Below, in pieces: positions 21,101-31,364 of a stretch of 64,000 nucleotides of DNA (position 1 is the stretch's first letter; each line of letters opens with the position of its first letter). Source of the DNA: an uncultured Planctomycetota bacterium. Its GTDB lineage: Bacteria > Planctomycetota > Planctomycetia > Isosphaerales > Isosphaeraceae. Position numbers and translations under genes: made by a program. The DNA is taken from NCBI GenBank assembly GCA_963737655.1, contig CAVTTN010000002.1, positions 1,216,001-1,280,000 on the forward strand, in the 5' to 3' direction. The notes beneath the pieces are model-generated. The model was not told the DNA's origin. It did not search any database and saw only the letters and a program-made list of their open reading frames with translations.

Positions 21101-21905
21101 ATTCGGCTCGAGAGAACTCGTGAAGATCCCCGCGCGCGATGGGTTCCTCCTCGAAGGGGAGCTGATCCTCCCCCCGGGGCTGGACCCGAACTCGACCGAG
21201 CCCCACCCGGCCTGGTTCACGACGTATGGCGGCCCCCACACGCCGACGGTCTCCGACGCCTGGCTCGGCGGGAGGACGTGGGACCAGGCGCTCGCGGCCG
21301 AGGGGTTCGTGGTGTTCCGGGTCGATCCCCGGAGCGCCAGCGGGAAGGGTTCGGCCTCGGCGTGGACCGCGTACAAGAGGCTGGGCGTGGGGGAGCTGGA
21401 AGACATCAAGGACGCGATCGCGTGGCTGAAGAAGAAGCCGTATGTCGATGGGTCGCGGATCGGGATGAGCGGCCACAGCTACGGAGGCTTCATGACCTCG
21501 TTCGCCATGACCCACAGCGACCTCTTCGCCGCCGGGATCGCGGGCGCGCCGGTCACGGACTGGCATGATTACGACTCGATTTACACCGAGCGCCTGATGC
21601 TCACCCCGGCCGAGAACCCGAAGGGGTATGCCGAAACCAGCGTGGCCGCCGCCGCCTCGAAGCTGCACGGCCGCCTCCTGATCGCCCACGGGGCGATCGA
21701 CGACAACGTGAGTCTCCGCAACACGCTCCACCTCGTCCAGGCGTTGGAGAATGCGAACAAGGATTTCGAGATGATGATCTATCCGTCCTCGCGACACGGG
21801 ATCGTGAGCGCGCACTACCAGAGGCTGCAAGTCGAGTTCATCCGGCGGACCCTCGGCGGCCCGAAGGCGAAGCCGAAGGAATCAGCGTCTTCGGCGGCAC
21901 GTTAG
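18175..21905 (+). CDS. Secreted M14 metallocarboxypeptidase + DPP IV/S9 dipeptidyl-peptidase fusion; frameshift near 20490
   Basis: M14 motifs NIHAGEVCG, DLNRD, DCHTT; DPP IV propeller (DWVYYEEIF, WWSPDS, YPKSGAPNP); S9 motifs GHSYGG, DDNV, RHG. Confidence 0.87.
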
Positions 21906-22722
21906 CAATGTCAACCGCCTGGCCGCTCGGATCGAATCGGGGTCGATCCCCAATTCGCGAAGCTTGGCGGCCAGGCGTTCGGCCTCGCGACCTTTCGACT
22001 CGGCCGCGCGCTCGGCCTCATCGGCCCGTCGGGCGATCTCCTCGACCTGTCGGACCGCAGCCTCGGCCCGCGCGGCGGCCTCCTCGATTCGTCGGACGGC
22101 CTCATCGGCCTGCAAAGTGGCCTCGCGGGCCCGGTGCTCGGCGGCTTCCCTCTTCGTGGAGCTCCTGGAAGGTGGCGAATGGGTGGCCGGCGGGGCCGAG
22201 GATGGTCAGTTCCTCCGCCAGATCGAAGCGGATTCCCAGCCTGGGGCTGATCCATCCGTTGGGTTGGGGGATCTCGACCAGGTGCTCGCCTTCCCGGCGA
22301 TAGGCGGTCAGCTCGATCGTTTCGGGGTCGTACAGGTAGTACTCCTCGACCTCGAACTCGTCGTAGAACTGGAACTTCTTCAGCATGGGGCCGAAGCGGT
22401 TGCTGGGCGAGAGAACCTCGAAGACAACCTGGGGGCCGAGGCCGTCCTCCTCCCATTGTTTGTAGGAGCGGCGCTCCCCCTTCGGCCGACCGAAGACGAC
22501 CATCGTGTCGGGCGCCGCGGAGATCTCGGGGCGGCCCTCGACCGGATACCAGAGGAGGTCGGCGGCGAGGAAGACGTCGGGGCGGTCGGCGAACAGTGCG
22601 GCGAGGTTGCCGTGGATCGTGACGATCCAGCGGTACTGGATCGTGTTCTCGGCCAGGGGCTCACCATTATCCTCGGGATAGACGATCCGCCGATCGGCCT
22701 CCGCGGGGGTGGTCGTGCTCAT
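21882..22722 (-). CDS. Uma2 family PD-(D/E)XK endonuclease with coiled-coil tail; frameshift near 22150
   Basis: YPEDNGEPLAENTIQ, APDTMVVFGRPK, VFEVLSPSN, EEYYLYDP, SPRLGIRF; the tail AERLAAKLRELGIDPD is in the second frame. Exact stop uncertain. Confidence 0.85.
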
Positions 22723-23038
22723 GGCTCGGAGGCTCCCGGCCCCGTCGGGGGCGATGGGATGATTCTACGGGACGGCCAAATCGGCCGCCAGACCGGGCTT
22801 TTCGCCCTCGCCCGCGGCACGGATGCCGCCGATCGCCGTACAAGGGGGTGGAGAGGAGGCGATCATGAGCGAGCGATTGGGATGGTTGGCGGACCCGACC
22901 CTTCATGTTTTAGGGATCTTGATGGCGCTGGCAGTCGTGGCGGCCGTTACGGGCTGACCGGCGGGCGCCCCTTGGTCGATCGGTGGGGCGATGGTAGGGT
23001 GGGCGGTCGATCGAACCCGACCCCACGGAGCCTCTCCC

Positions 23039-24907
23039 ATGCATGCCTTCCTGACCCTCGTCCTGGCCGTCGCCTCGGTCGCGAGGGCCGACGATCGCCC
23101 CGACGTGGTCCTCGCCGATTTCGAGGCGGACACTTACGGCGCCTGGGCCGTGACCGGCGAGGCGTTCGGACCCGGGCCGGCCCGGGGTGGGCTGCCGGGA
23201 CAGATGGCCGTCGGGGGGTATCTCGGGGATCGTCTGGTGAACACGTTCTACAAGGGCGACGACGCCGAGGGGACACTGACGTCCCCCGAGTTCGTCGTCG
23301 ATCGCAAGAACCTGAACTTCCTGATCGGCGGCGGCCATCACCCCGGCGACCTGGCCATCCGCCTCTTGATCGACGGGAAGGCGGCGAGGGAAGCCACCGG
23401 GACCGACTCCGAGTTCCTCCGCTGGATGGCGTGGGACGTGGCCGAATTCCGGGGCAAGGCGGCGCGAATCGAGATCCTCGACAGGAAACGAGGCGGATGG
23501 GGACACATCAACGTCGATCAGATCACCCTGAGCGACTCACCTCCGCCCGCCCCTCCGGACGATCGCGAGAAACTGCTGGCGAAGGCCGAGGCGGGCGATC
23601 GCGAGTGGGCCGCGAAGGCCGAGAAAGACCCGGCCCGGCCCACGTTCCACGTCGTCCCGCCCGGCGGCTGGATCAACGACCCGAATGGACCCATCTTTTA
23701 CAAGGGATATTATCACCTTTTCTATCAACACAACCCCTACGGAGACGACTGGGGGAACATGCACTGGGGGCACGTCCGCAGCAGGGACCTGGCCCACTGG
23801 GAGCGATTGCCGATCGCGCTCTGGCCGTCGAAGTCGCGGGGTGAGGATCACGTCTTCTCCGGCTGCATGACGGTCCGGAAGGATGGGACGCCGATGATCT
23901 TCTATACGAGCATCGGCAACCGTTTGCCGGAACAGTGGGCGGCCGTCCCGGAAGACGAAGATTTGATCAAGTGGAAGAAGCACCCGGCGAACCCGATCCT
24001 CGCCGAGACGCTCCACGGCAAGACGAAGGTTTCCGAGTGGCGCGACCCGTTCATTTTCGAGGCGGGGGGCCGGACGTGCATGGTCCTCGGCGGCAACCTG
24101 AACGAGAACCGCGGCGGACAGGCCGTCGTGAACGTCTATCGGGCGGTGGACGAGTCGCTGACCAAGTGGGAATACCTCGGCGTCCTGTTCACTCACCCAG
24201 ACGAGGACGTGAAGAACATCGAATGCCCCCTGTTCTTCCCGATCGGCGAGAAGTGGGTGTTGATCGTGTCGCAGGGGAGGCCGGTCCAGTGGTTCGTGGG
24301 AAGTCTGGACGCGAAGACGCTGCGATTCCGGGCCGAGAGGCGGGGCGATCTGGACCGAGGAAACTTCTACGCGCCGAACGTGGCAAGAGCGCCCGACGGC
24401 CGGACGCTTCTCTGGGGCTGGATCCCCGATTTCCCCAGAAACCAGGGCTGGAACGGCTGCCTGACCTTGCCCCGGGTGCTCACGATCGACACCAAGGGGG
24501 ATCTGGCGTCGGCCCCGGCGGAGGAGGTGGAAGTGCTGAAGAAGCCGCCGGCGAAACCGGACCCGGGCGACGCGATCGAGCTCGTTTCGGGCCTGGACGT
24601 CAAGGCCGAGGGGACCGTGTCCCTGGAGCTGCGAAAGGGCGTGGCCGTCTCGTTCGACGGCAAGAGCCTGGACGTGGCCGGGGCGGCCGTCCCGATCGCC
24701 CTGCCGGCGGGCAAGACGTCGCTGGGTCTTCGCGTCTTCCTCGATCATTCGGTGCTGGAGGTCTACACCGACACCGGCCTGGCCGTCTCGCGGGTCGTCC
24801 CGATGGGACCCACCCATGCGAACGTCAAGACCTCCGCACGCGGAGGCTCGGCCACGGGCTCGATACTCGGACCCTGGCCGATGGAGTCGATCTGGTCGAA
24901 GAAGTGA
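23039..24907 (+). CDS. Secreted GH32 glycoside hydrolase (beta-fructosidase/levanase-like) with an N-terminal accessory domain
   Basis: WINDPNG, WGH, FSG, RDP, ECP and DHSVLEVY motifs; signal peptide from ATG 23039. Confidence 0.92.
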   Translation: MHAFLTLVLAVASVARADDRPDVVLADFEADTYGAWAVTGEAFGPGPARGGLPGQMAVGGYLGDRLVNTFYKGDDAEGTLTSPEFVVDRKNLNFLIGGGHHPGDLAIRLLIDGKAAREATGTDSEFLRWMAWDVAEFRGKAARIEILDRKRGGWGHINVDQITLSDSPPPAPPDDREKLLAKAEAGDREWAAKAEKDPARPTFHVVPPGGWINDPNGPIFYKGYYHLFYQHNPYGDDWGNMHWGHVRSRDLAHWERLPIALWPSKSRGEDHVFSGCMTVRKDGTPMIFYTSIGNRLPEQWAAVPEDEDLIKWKKHPANPILAETLHGKTKVSEWRDPFIFEAGGRTCMVLGGNLNENRGGQAVVNVYRAVDESLTKWEYLGVLFTHPDEDVKNIECPLFFPIGEKWVLIVSQGRPVQWFVGSLDAKTLRFRAERRGDLDRGNFYAPNVARAPDGRTLLWGWIPDFPRNQGWNGCLTLPRVLTIDTKGDLASAPAEEVEVLKKPPAKPDPGDAIELVSGLDVKAEGTVSLELRKGVAVSFDGKSLDVAGAAVPIALPAGKTSLGLRVFLDHSVLEVYTDTGLAVSRVVPMGPTHANVKTSARGGSATGSILGPWPMESIWSKK

Positions 24908-24935
24908 TCAAGAACCGCGACGACGTCCCGACCGT

Positions 24936-26156
24936 TCAATCCACCTTCCCGCGAGCCGCGAGGGCGTCTTCATACAGTTGGAGGATCTGCGGGAGGCAGA
25001 CCTCCAGGCTGTATTTCTCGCGGATCATCGCCAGGCCACCGGGTCCGAGGTGGCGGTATTCGTCGGGCCGGTCGAGGACATCCTCGGCCATGTCGGCGAG
25101 CCGGGCGGCGTCGAAGAAGTCGCAGAGGAGGCCGTTCTCTCCGTGGCGGATCATCTCGCGGACCGGGGCCGTGTCCGAGGCGAGCACCGTCGCCGAGCAG
25201 GCCAGGGCGTCCATCAACGACCAGGAAAGAACAAAGGGTACGGTTAAGTAGACGTGCAGATTCGTGAGCGAGAACAGTCGGGCAAGGTCGGGCGGAGGGA
25301 GGAGGCCGGTGAAGAGGAACCGGGAGAGGTCGTAGGAGTCTCGCGAGAGGACCCACTCCTTGAACGTCATGTCGCCGATGTGCCGCTGGTCGCCTCCGTA
25401 GCAGATGCGGTCCTGCCCCACGACGACGAACAGGACGTCCTTCCGCCGGTCGCCGAGGACTTTGGCCATCTTCATGAAGATGTCGAACCCTCGCATCGAC
25501 TCCATCCCGCGGGCCACATAAGTGATGATCTTCATGTCGTCGGGGATGACCCGGTCGCCGAACTGCCGGGAGGCCCCTTCGATCGGTCGCCAGACCTGGG
25601 TGTCCACGCCGTCGAAGATCGGGCGGACCTTGTCGTGGAAGAGTTTGGGGAGCTGCGCCCTTTGCCAGAGCGTGGGGCTGTAGCCGACGTCGCAGTTTTC
25701 CAGGTCGAGCAGGAGCATCGCGTTGCGGGCCTTGGCCCGCAGGCCGTCGATCTCGGGGCAGGGGAAATCGGGCCGGAAGTCCATGTCCGAGTTCTTGGTG
25801 TGATAGAAATACTCGAAATAGTTAATGATCGGGCAATCGTACAATTCGCGCAGGAACAAGGTCGAACCGAAGCCGGAGTGGCCGACGACGAGGTCGGGCT
25901 TGATGTCGGGGCGTTCGCGGAGGGCCTCGTACACCGCGTGGGTGTGCCACACGGCGTTCTCGAAGGTCCGGCTGCAATAGTGGACCTGCGGAGTCGCGCC
26001 ACCCTGGACGCGATACTGGATCTTCTCCACACCGCCGAACCAGCCCGGGGGCCTCTCGGAGACGAACGTGCAGCGCATCCCGAGATGGCGGTCGAGGTGG
26101 GCCGCGATATGGCCGAACTGCGCCGGGAAGTTCTGGTGGACGAAGAGGACGTGCAT
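24936..26156 (-). CDS. Glycosyltransferase family 4
   Basis: [55 protein letters not shown]. Confidence 0.92.
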   Translation of the reverse strand: MHVLFVHQNFPAQFGHIAAHLDRHLGMRCTFVSERPPGWFGGVEKIQYRVQGGATPQVHYCSRTFENAVWHTHAVYEALRERPDIKPDLVVGHSGFGSTLFLRELYDCPIINYFEYFYHTKNSDMDFRPDFPCPEIDGLRAKARNAMLLLDLENCDVGYSPTLWQRAQLPKLFHDKVRPIFDGVDTQVWRPIEGASRQFGDRVIPDDMKIITYVARGMESMRGFDIFMKMAKVLGDRRKDVLFVVVGQDRICYGGDQRHIGDMTFKEWVLSRDSYDLSRFLFTGLLPPPDLARLFSLTNLHVYLTVPFVLSWSLMDALACSATVLASDTAPVREMIRHGENGLLCDFFDAARLADMAEDVLDRPDEYRHLGPGGLAMIREKYSLEVCLPQILQLYEDALAARGKVD

Positions 26157-26162
26157 TTGGGA

Positions 26163-26257
26163 GTGGGCAGAAAGCAGTGGGCAGTGGGCAGTGGGCAGAA
26201 AGCAGTGGGCAGTGGGCAGTGGGCAGTGGGCAGTGGGCAGTGGGCAGTGGGCAGTGG
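26163..26257 (+). repeat. Heptamer array (GTGGGCA)x13 plus a partial unit; two units are GAAAGCA
   Basis: Read directly. It ends 3 bp from the stop of the four-helix-bundle gene and starts 6 bp from the GT4 ATG. Confidence 0.97.
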
Positions 26258-26260
26258 AGT

Positions 26261-26638
26261 TTATACTTCGAACTGGGCTTTGTGGTCCAGCCTGGCGATG
26301 AGTCCGTTGAGGAGTCTTCCAACTTCGGAGGCCCTGGCTAGGAGGTCGTTCGTGGGGTCATCCTCCAGGAATTCGAGGCGATTTGCGATCATCACGTGCG
26401 TTTCGACTTCGCGGAGCGAACCGTGGGCGATCCAGAGGAACCGGAGGAAGTCGCGGGTCGTCTCGCGTCCCTGGCCCTCGGCGATGTTGGATGGTATCGA
26501 CACGACCGCTCGACGCAACTGGCTCGTGAGCCCGAATCGCTCCTCGCTCGGGAATGGCCGGGTGGCACGATAGATCCACTCCACCAGGTCCATCGCCCGT
26601 TGCCAGACGATCAAATCCTGATAATTTCGAACCGTCAT
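26261..26638 (-). CDS. Four-helix-bundle protein (23S rRNA intervening sequence protein / Avd-like family), 125 aa
   Basis: [18 protein letters not shown]...[29 protein letters not shown]...[13 protein letters not shown], the family signature. GGAG lies 8 nt upstream of ATG 26638. Confidence 0.95.
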   Translation of the reverse strand: MTVRNYQDLIVWQRAMDLVEWIYRATRPFPSEERFGLTSQLRRAVVSIPSNIAEGQGRETTRDFLRFLWIAHGSLREVETHVMIANRLEFLEDDPTNDLLARASEVGRLLNGLIARLDHKAQFEV

Positions 26639-26671
26639 ACCATGAACTCCAATAAGAGAACGCAATCCGGT

Positions 26672-26838
26672 CACTGCCCACTGCCCACTGCCCACTGCCC
26701 ACTGCCCACTGCCCACTGCCCACTGCCCACTGCCCACTGCCCACTGCCCACTGCCCACTGCCCACTGCCCACTGCCCACTGCCCACTGCCCACTGCCCAC
26801 TGCCCACTGCCCACTGCCCACTGCCCACTGCCCACTGC
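26672..26838 (-). repeat. Inverted heptamer array (CACTGCC)x23 plus 6 bp
   Basis: Perfect array and the reverse complement of 26163-26257. It abuts and overlaps the TAG stop of the upstream gene. Confidence 0.97.
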
Positions 26839-27701
26839 TACGTGCGGATCAGCCCGATAAACCCCGTCCCAGAGTGCTCGATTTCGAGGAACGAGGCATT
26901 CTCCGGGGCGGGTTTGTAAATCGTGAAGGCTCGCATGACTCCGAGGGTGGCGGCGCTTTCCAGAGGGCCGATGAAACGGGTGTCTCGGTCGAGAAAATCG
27001 GGGCGGTCGGACCAGGTTTTCATCTGATCCGCACTCAGGAAATAGCAGCCCGAGTGAGGGTTTGCCGGGCGGAGGAAGGCGACGTCCCGGTTGAGGACCT
27101 TGCTCCTCAGCGCGGGCTCGTCGCCGATGTCGCGGAACCGGGCAATCACGTGATCGGCGAGGTCTCCGTCAATGTACGCCTTGTGGACGAGGCCGCCTCT
27201 CGCCAGCTCGAAGCGGTTGGGCATGAGGAGCTTTTCGGGGCCGAGGTGGCCGTGGAACCAGGCGAGCTTGGCGAAGAACCAGGGGTCGCGGACGATCAGG
27301 TCGTCTTCGAGGTAGCAATAATAGTCGAACTGGCCGAGGGCGTCTCCGAGGATCTCCCGGCAGGCGAAGCCGAGGAACATCGGGTCGAGGTCGGGCTCGG
27401 CCGGGCGGTGCTCGATCAGGGAAGGGTCGATCGGCAGGGCGCCAAGGAGGTGTTTGTCGCCGACGGTGCGGACGACGACGTGGACGTCGGCGACCATCGG
27501 CCGGTTGATCGGCCGGGTGACCTTGCGGCCGATGTCGATGGTGGATTGGGTCCGGTCGAAGTGCTGGAACAGGGCGGCGACGCACGAGGCGAGGGCCTCG
27601 GCGCGGGGCCTCGGGTCCTTCGCCACGGAGCCGTGGGCGCGGCCGTCCCCGGCCTGGCCGAGGGCGTCGAAATAATGAGGGATGACCGCGAGGATTCGCA
27701 T
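26838..27701 (-). CDS. Conserved hypothetical protein, possible GT-A-fold glycosyltransferase
   Basis: Start [11 protein letters not shown] at 27701; [11 protein letters not shown] resembles a DxD-type metal/nucleotide-sugar motif; co-oriented with GT4. Confidence 0.6.
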   Translation of the reverse strand: MRILAVIPHYFDALGQAGDGRAHGSVAKDPRPRAEALASCVAALFQHFDRTQSTIDIGRKVTRPINRPMVADVHVVVRTVGDKHLLGALPIDPSLIEHRPAEPDLDPMFLGFACREILGDALGQFDYYCYLEDDLIVRDPWFFAKLAWFHGHLGPEKLLMPNRFELARGGLVHKAYIDGDLADHVIARFRDIGDEPALRSKVLNRDVAFLRPANPHSGCYFLSADQMKTWSDRPDFLDRDTRFIGPLESAATLGVMRAFTIYKPAPENASFLEIEHSGTGFIGLIRT

Positions 27702-27786
27702 TGCGGGGCGGTGTGGGTCGATTCCGATCGTGGGCGAATGACCGGGGCGGGGCGGGCCCGCCCCCGGATGACGCACTTCCAGAACT

Positions 27787-30786
27787 CTACTTTCGGAGTC
27801 CCTGGAGGATCTGGTCGAACTCGGGGTCGGGCTGGATGGGGTAGATGTCGGGCTCGGCCACGAGTTCGTCGGCGCTCTTCCAGCCGTGGGCGATGGCGTC
27901 GCGGAGGGCCTTGAAGGAGGCGTCTCGGTAGCGCTTGACGAGGGACTCGTCGGGGGGATTGGCCGCCTTCGCCGCCCCGTAGCAGAGGGCGTAGCCGCAG
28001 GCGATGTCCTTGAGGATCAGGGCGTTCTCGGGCGGGTTCTTGAGGACGTCGTCGGCGATCTTCGCGGCCTCGGCGTGCTCCCGGCATCGGGCCAGGATGA
28101 GCATGAGCTCGATCTCGGCCACCCTCCGCGGGTCGCCCTTGGCCGAGGGCTCGGCGGCGAGCTCTCGGCGGAGGTCCAGGCACTTGCGATACATCTTGTC
28201 CGACTCTTCGAGGGCGTTGGCCTCCAGGCAGGCGGTGGCGTAGTAATACAGGGCCAGGGCGAAGTCGCTCTTGGCCCGGGTGTTGTTCGGGTCGGCCTGG
28301 AAGCGGCTCTTGAAGCCCAGGGCGGCCTTGAAGTACATGTCCTTCGCCTTGGCCGGGTCCTTGGGGGCGAAGAGGAGGAAGGCGGTGCCGAACTTCTGGT
28401 AGGACAGGAGGATGTCCCGGCCGACCTGGGCGTGGCCTTCGAACTCCTTGGCGAGGTCCTGGCGGACCTCGTAGCTCCTCTCGTAGTAGCGGCGGCCGTC
28501 CTCGACCTTGCCGAGTCGGAGGCTGTAGAGGTCGCCCAGGGCGTCGTACAGGCCGGCGAGTTCGCGACGGGCCTCGCTGTCCCGGGCGGCGTCGATCGAG
28601 AGGGATTCGCGGAGGGTGACCTCCTGCTCGTATAGGGGCCTGGCGGCCAGGGGGTCGCCGGCGACCTGTTCGAGCCGGGCCAGGGCGCCCAGGGCGTTGG
28701 CCACGGCCCTCTTGGCCACGTCGTCCTGCGGCCACTTCTCCAGCCAGTGGCGGCGGATCTCCAGGGCCTCCGCGTAGTACTTCCGGGCCTCGGCCACGTC
28801 CGAGCGGACCCGGAACATGTAGTCGCCCATGGTGTACTTGCTGGAGGCCTTGTTCTTCAGGGCGGCCAGGTCGGTGGGGTCGAGCTTGTACAGGGCCTCG
28901 GTCAATCGCTCCATCTCCTGGAGCTCGGGGAGGATCTTCTTGACCTCCTCGCCCCCCTGGAGCATGAAGACCTCGGCGCGGGCCTGGTGGATGCCGGCGA
29001 GGGTCCGGTTGACCATCGCGTCGGACTCTCGGCTGCCGGCCCCCTTGGCGCGGAGCTCGTCCATCACGCCCACGGCTCGGGCCATGCTCATCTGCGTGAC
29101 CTTGAGCATCTCCTTGCGGACGTCATCGGTGCCCGGGATGTCGCGGAGCCTCATGTTGGCCAGGACGCTGACGTACCTCTGGGCCTCGATCATCGTGTCG
29201 GTCTGGCCGATGGCCGCCTGGGCGATCTCGTGGGCCTCTCGCTCTCGCTTCAGGGCCAGGTCCTCGTTGTCCTTGGCCCTCTTCTCGTTCTGCTGGGCGA
29301 GGGTCTTGGCGTCGTCGGCGGCCTTCTTGGCGACGGTCAGCGCGTCGTTCTTCTCCTTGAAGACGACGGCGGCGCCGAGGGCCACGCCGGTGGTCACGAC
29401 CATCATCGAGGCCACCGCGGCGATCGAGGCGGCGATCTTCGGGTTTCGCCGGCACCATCGCCAGGCCCGTTCGGGGGCCGACACGGGGCGGGCGAGGATC
29501 GGCTCGCCGTTGAGGTAGCGCTCCAGGTCGGCGGCCATCCCGCCGACGTCCTCGTACCGCTTCTTCGGGTCTTTTTGGAGGGCCTTCAGCGAGATCGTTT
29601 CCAGGTCCTTCGGCACCTTCGGCTGGAGCCGGGTGGGCGGGACGGGCTCCTGGTTGCGGACCTGTTCGAGGGTATCGAGCGGGTTGGCGCCCTGATAGGG
29701 GGGGCGGCCGGTGAGCATCTCGTAGAGGATGGCGCCGATGGCGTGCTGGTCGGCCAGGGGGCCGATCTCGCCGGTCTTGCCCCAGGCCTGCTCCGGGGCC
29801 ATGTACGACGGCGTGCCCATGATGGCGCCGTCGCGGGTCTGCTGGCTGTCCCCTTCGAGCCGCTTGGCGAGGCCGAAGTCGGTGATCTTGGGATCGCCGT
29901 TCTTGGTCATCAGGACGTTGGCGGGCTTCAGGTCGCGGTGGATGATGCCTTGCTGGTGGGCGAAGTGCATCGCCTCGGCCAGGGTCTTGACGATCTTGGC
30001 CGCGAACCGGACGGGCTGGGGCTTGCCGCCGATGGTCTGCTGGAGGCTGCCGCCGTCGACGAATTCCAGGCTGAAGAAGGGGAGGCCGTCGCGCTCGCCG
30101 ACGTCGTGGATCTGGACGATGTGGTTATGTTTCAGGGCGGCGACGGCCTGGGCCTCGATCAGGAAGCGGGCGAGCTGGTCGGCCGAGGCGTGGGCCCCGG
30201 CGAGGACCATCTTGAGGGCGACCAGGCGGTCGAGCTTCGTCTGCCTGGCCTTGTAGACGACGCCCATGCCGCCGCGGCCGAGCTCGGAGAGCAGGGTATA
30301 GCCGGCGACCTTCGGCATGTTGTCGAAGTGGATCTCGGCCCCGCCGTGCTCGCCCGAGAGGGAGTAGGCGTTGGTCTTGCCCTCGCCGTCGAGGGTGGGC
30401 AGGGCGACCCGGGTATCGTGGAGGTCCGAGCCGGGGACCGAGCCGAAGTTCATGCCGAGGGTGTCGCCCTCGACGGGAGGCCGGGTCGATCCCGAGATCC
30501 GGGTCGAGCCGGGGGTGTGGGCGATGGTCTGGTCGGGGGCGGCGCCGAGGTGGGGCCGGGGGAAGGCCAGGTTGGTGACCTCGACGGTGGCATCGGAGGC
30601 GGCCGAGGCGAGGTCGATCGTGGCCTGGACGGTCTCGCCCCCGCCGTCGTCGGAGGGGGAGGCCGAGGCGGGCCGGGAGTGGCCGTCGAAGATCGCGGTC
30701 GCGGCGACTGTGGCGTCGTCGCCGCCGGGGCGGGGGTCTGAGGGCGGCCCGGAGGGCTTCGGCGGGGTGGCGTGCGGCCTGTTCAT
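27787..30786 (-). CDS. Hanks-type Ser/Thr protein kinase with TM helix and TPR-like C-terminal repeats
   Basis: [42 protein letters not shown] + TM segment, then helical repeats. Confidence 0.95.
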   Translation of the reverse strand: MNRPHATPPKPSGPPSDPRPGGDDATVAATAIFDGHSRPASASPSDDGGGETVQATIDLASAASDATVEVTNLAFPRPHLGAAPDQTIAHTPGSTRISGSTRPPVEGDTLGMNFGSVPGSDLHDTRVALPTLDGEGKTNAYSLSGEHGGAEIHFDNMPKVAGYTLLSELGRGGMGVVYKARQTKLDRLVALKMVLAGAHASADQLARFLIEAQAVAALKHNHIVQIHDVGERDGLPFFSLEFVDGGSLQQTIGGKPQPVRFAAKIVKTLAEAMHFAHQQGIIHRDLKPANVLMTKNGDPKITDFGLAKRLEGDSQQTRDGAIMGTPSYMAPEQAWGKTGEIGPLADQHAIGAILYEMLTGRPPYQGANPLDTLEQVRNQEPVPPTRLQPKVPKDLETISLKALQKDPKKRYEDVGGMAADLERYLNGEPILARPVSAPERAWRWCRRNPKIAASIAAVASMMVVTTGVALGAAVVFKEKNDALTVAKKAADDAKTLAQQNEKRAKDNEDLALKREREAHEIAQAAIGQTDTMIEAQRYVSVLANMRLRDIPGTDDVRKEMLKVTQMSMARAVGVMDELRAKGAGSRESDAMVNRTLAGIHQARAEVFMLQGGEEVKKILPELQEMERLTEALYKLDPTDLAALKNKASSKYTMGDYMFRVRSDVAEARKYYAEALEIRRHWLEKWPQDDVAKRAVANALGALARLEQVAGDPLAARPLYEQEVTLRESLSIDAARDSEARRELAGLYDALGDLYSLRLGKVEDGRRYYERSYEVRQDLAKEFEGHAQVGRDILLSYQKFGTAFLLFAPKDPAKAKDMYFKAALGFKSRFQADPNNTRAKSDFALALYYYATACLEANALEESDKMYRKCLDLRRELAAEPSAKGDPRRVAEIELMLILARCREHAEAAKIADDVLKNPPENALILKDIACGYALCYGAAKAANPPDESLVKRYRDASFKALRDAIAHGWKSADELVAEPDIYPIQPDPEFDQILQGLRK

Positions 30787-30921
30787 AACGGCCTCCTGAG
30801 GACCCCCGAGGCGGCGACGGCTCCGGGGCGGATTCGGGGCGCGGACTCTCCACCGAGCTCTCGTGCGACTTCCACATATACGGACCCCGAGGCCCGCCGT
30901 ACAGGAGAAAGTTTCCGAATC

Positions 30922-30961
30922 CGCTCATGATCGGGAAAAACCCGTTCATGAGCGTTTTTTT
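30922..30961 (+). terminator. Intrinsic terminator-like hairpin with T7 tail in the divergent intergenic region
   Basis: CGCTCATGA-T-CGGG AAAAA CCCG-T-TCATGAGCG followed by TTTTTTT. Confidence 0.6.
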
Positions 30962-31364
30962 CTTGTCAACGAGCGAGTTCGCGTCCTAGACTGGTCACCC
31001 GGAGCCGATTGAAGATCCTTCCGGCGCAGGCGGAGGGCCCGGATCGGGGAATGAGCCTTCCTGACCCGACGACGGGTCCGGCCGGCTTCTCAGGCGATCC
31101 ACGGCGGGCCGCCCGGCGAAGGATGCCCCCCCCACGATCACGCCTCGGTCGCCTTTCGGCGCGATGTGCCACGGTCCCCGACGTCGGATTGCCCCGGGAT
31201 GGGCCACGCGTCCCTCTCGCCTCCCGAGCGGTCGAACGGCTCCCAGATCGGCCTATTTATGCGGCGGCGCCCGGCCGAGCGCCCCCCGTCCGCCTTCGAA
31301 GCCCCGCCACGACGGCGACGCCCCGGAACGAATCCTCTCCCCGACGATGACGGAGCCCCTCGAG

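Noticed and set aside
26261..26638. Diversity-generating retroelement (Avd-like gene)
   Set aside because: No reverse transcriptase and no template/variable repeat pair with adenine-specific differences was seen in the window.
9143..26838. CRISPR array interpretation of the repeats
   Set aside because: The units are contiguous 7-mers with no unique spacers, and no cas genes were seen.
26149..26845. ACGTGC at 26149-26154 and 26840-26845 as a target-site duplication
   Set aside because: It is only 6 bp, both copies lie inside the flanking coding sequences, and the left copy is offset from the array. It could be chance; an empty-site comparison is needed.
26639..26860. GSGQWAV/HCPLPTA repeat ORFs and the N-terminal extension of the four-helix protein
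   Set aside because: Artefacts of the heptamer array. The real start with an RBS is ATG 26638.
27742..27767. GC hairpin between the kinase and the downstream gene
   Set aside because: It has no U-tract, and such hairpins are common by chance at this GC content.
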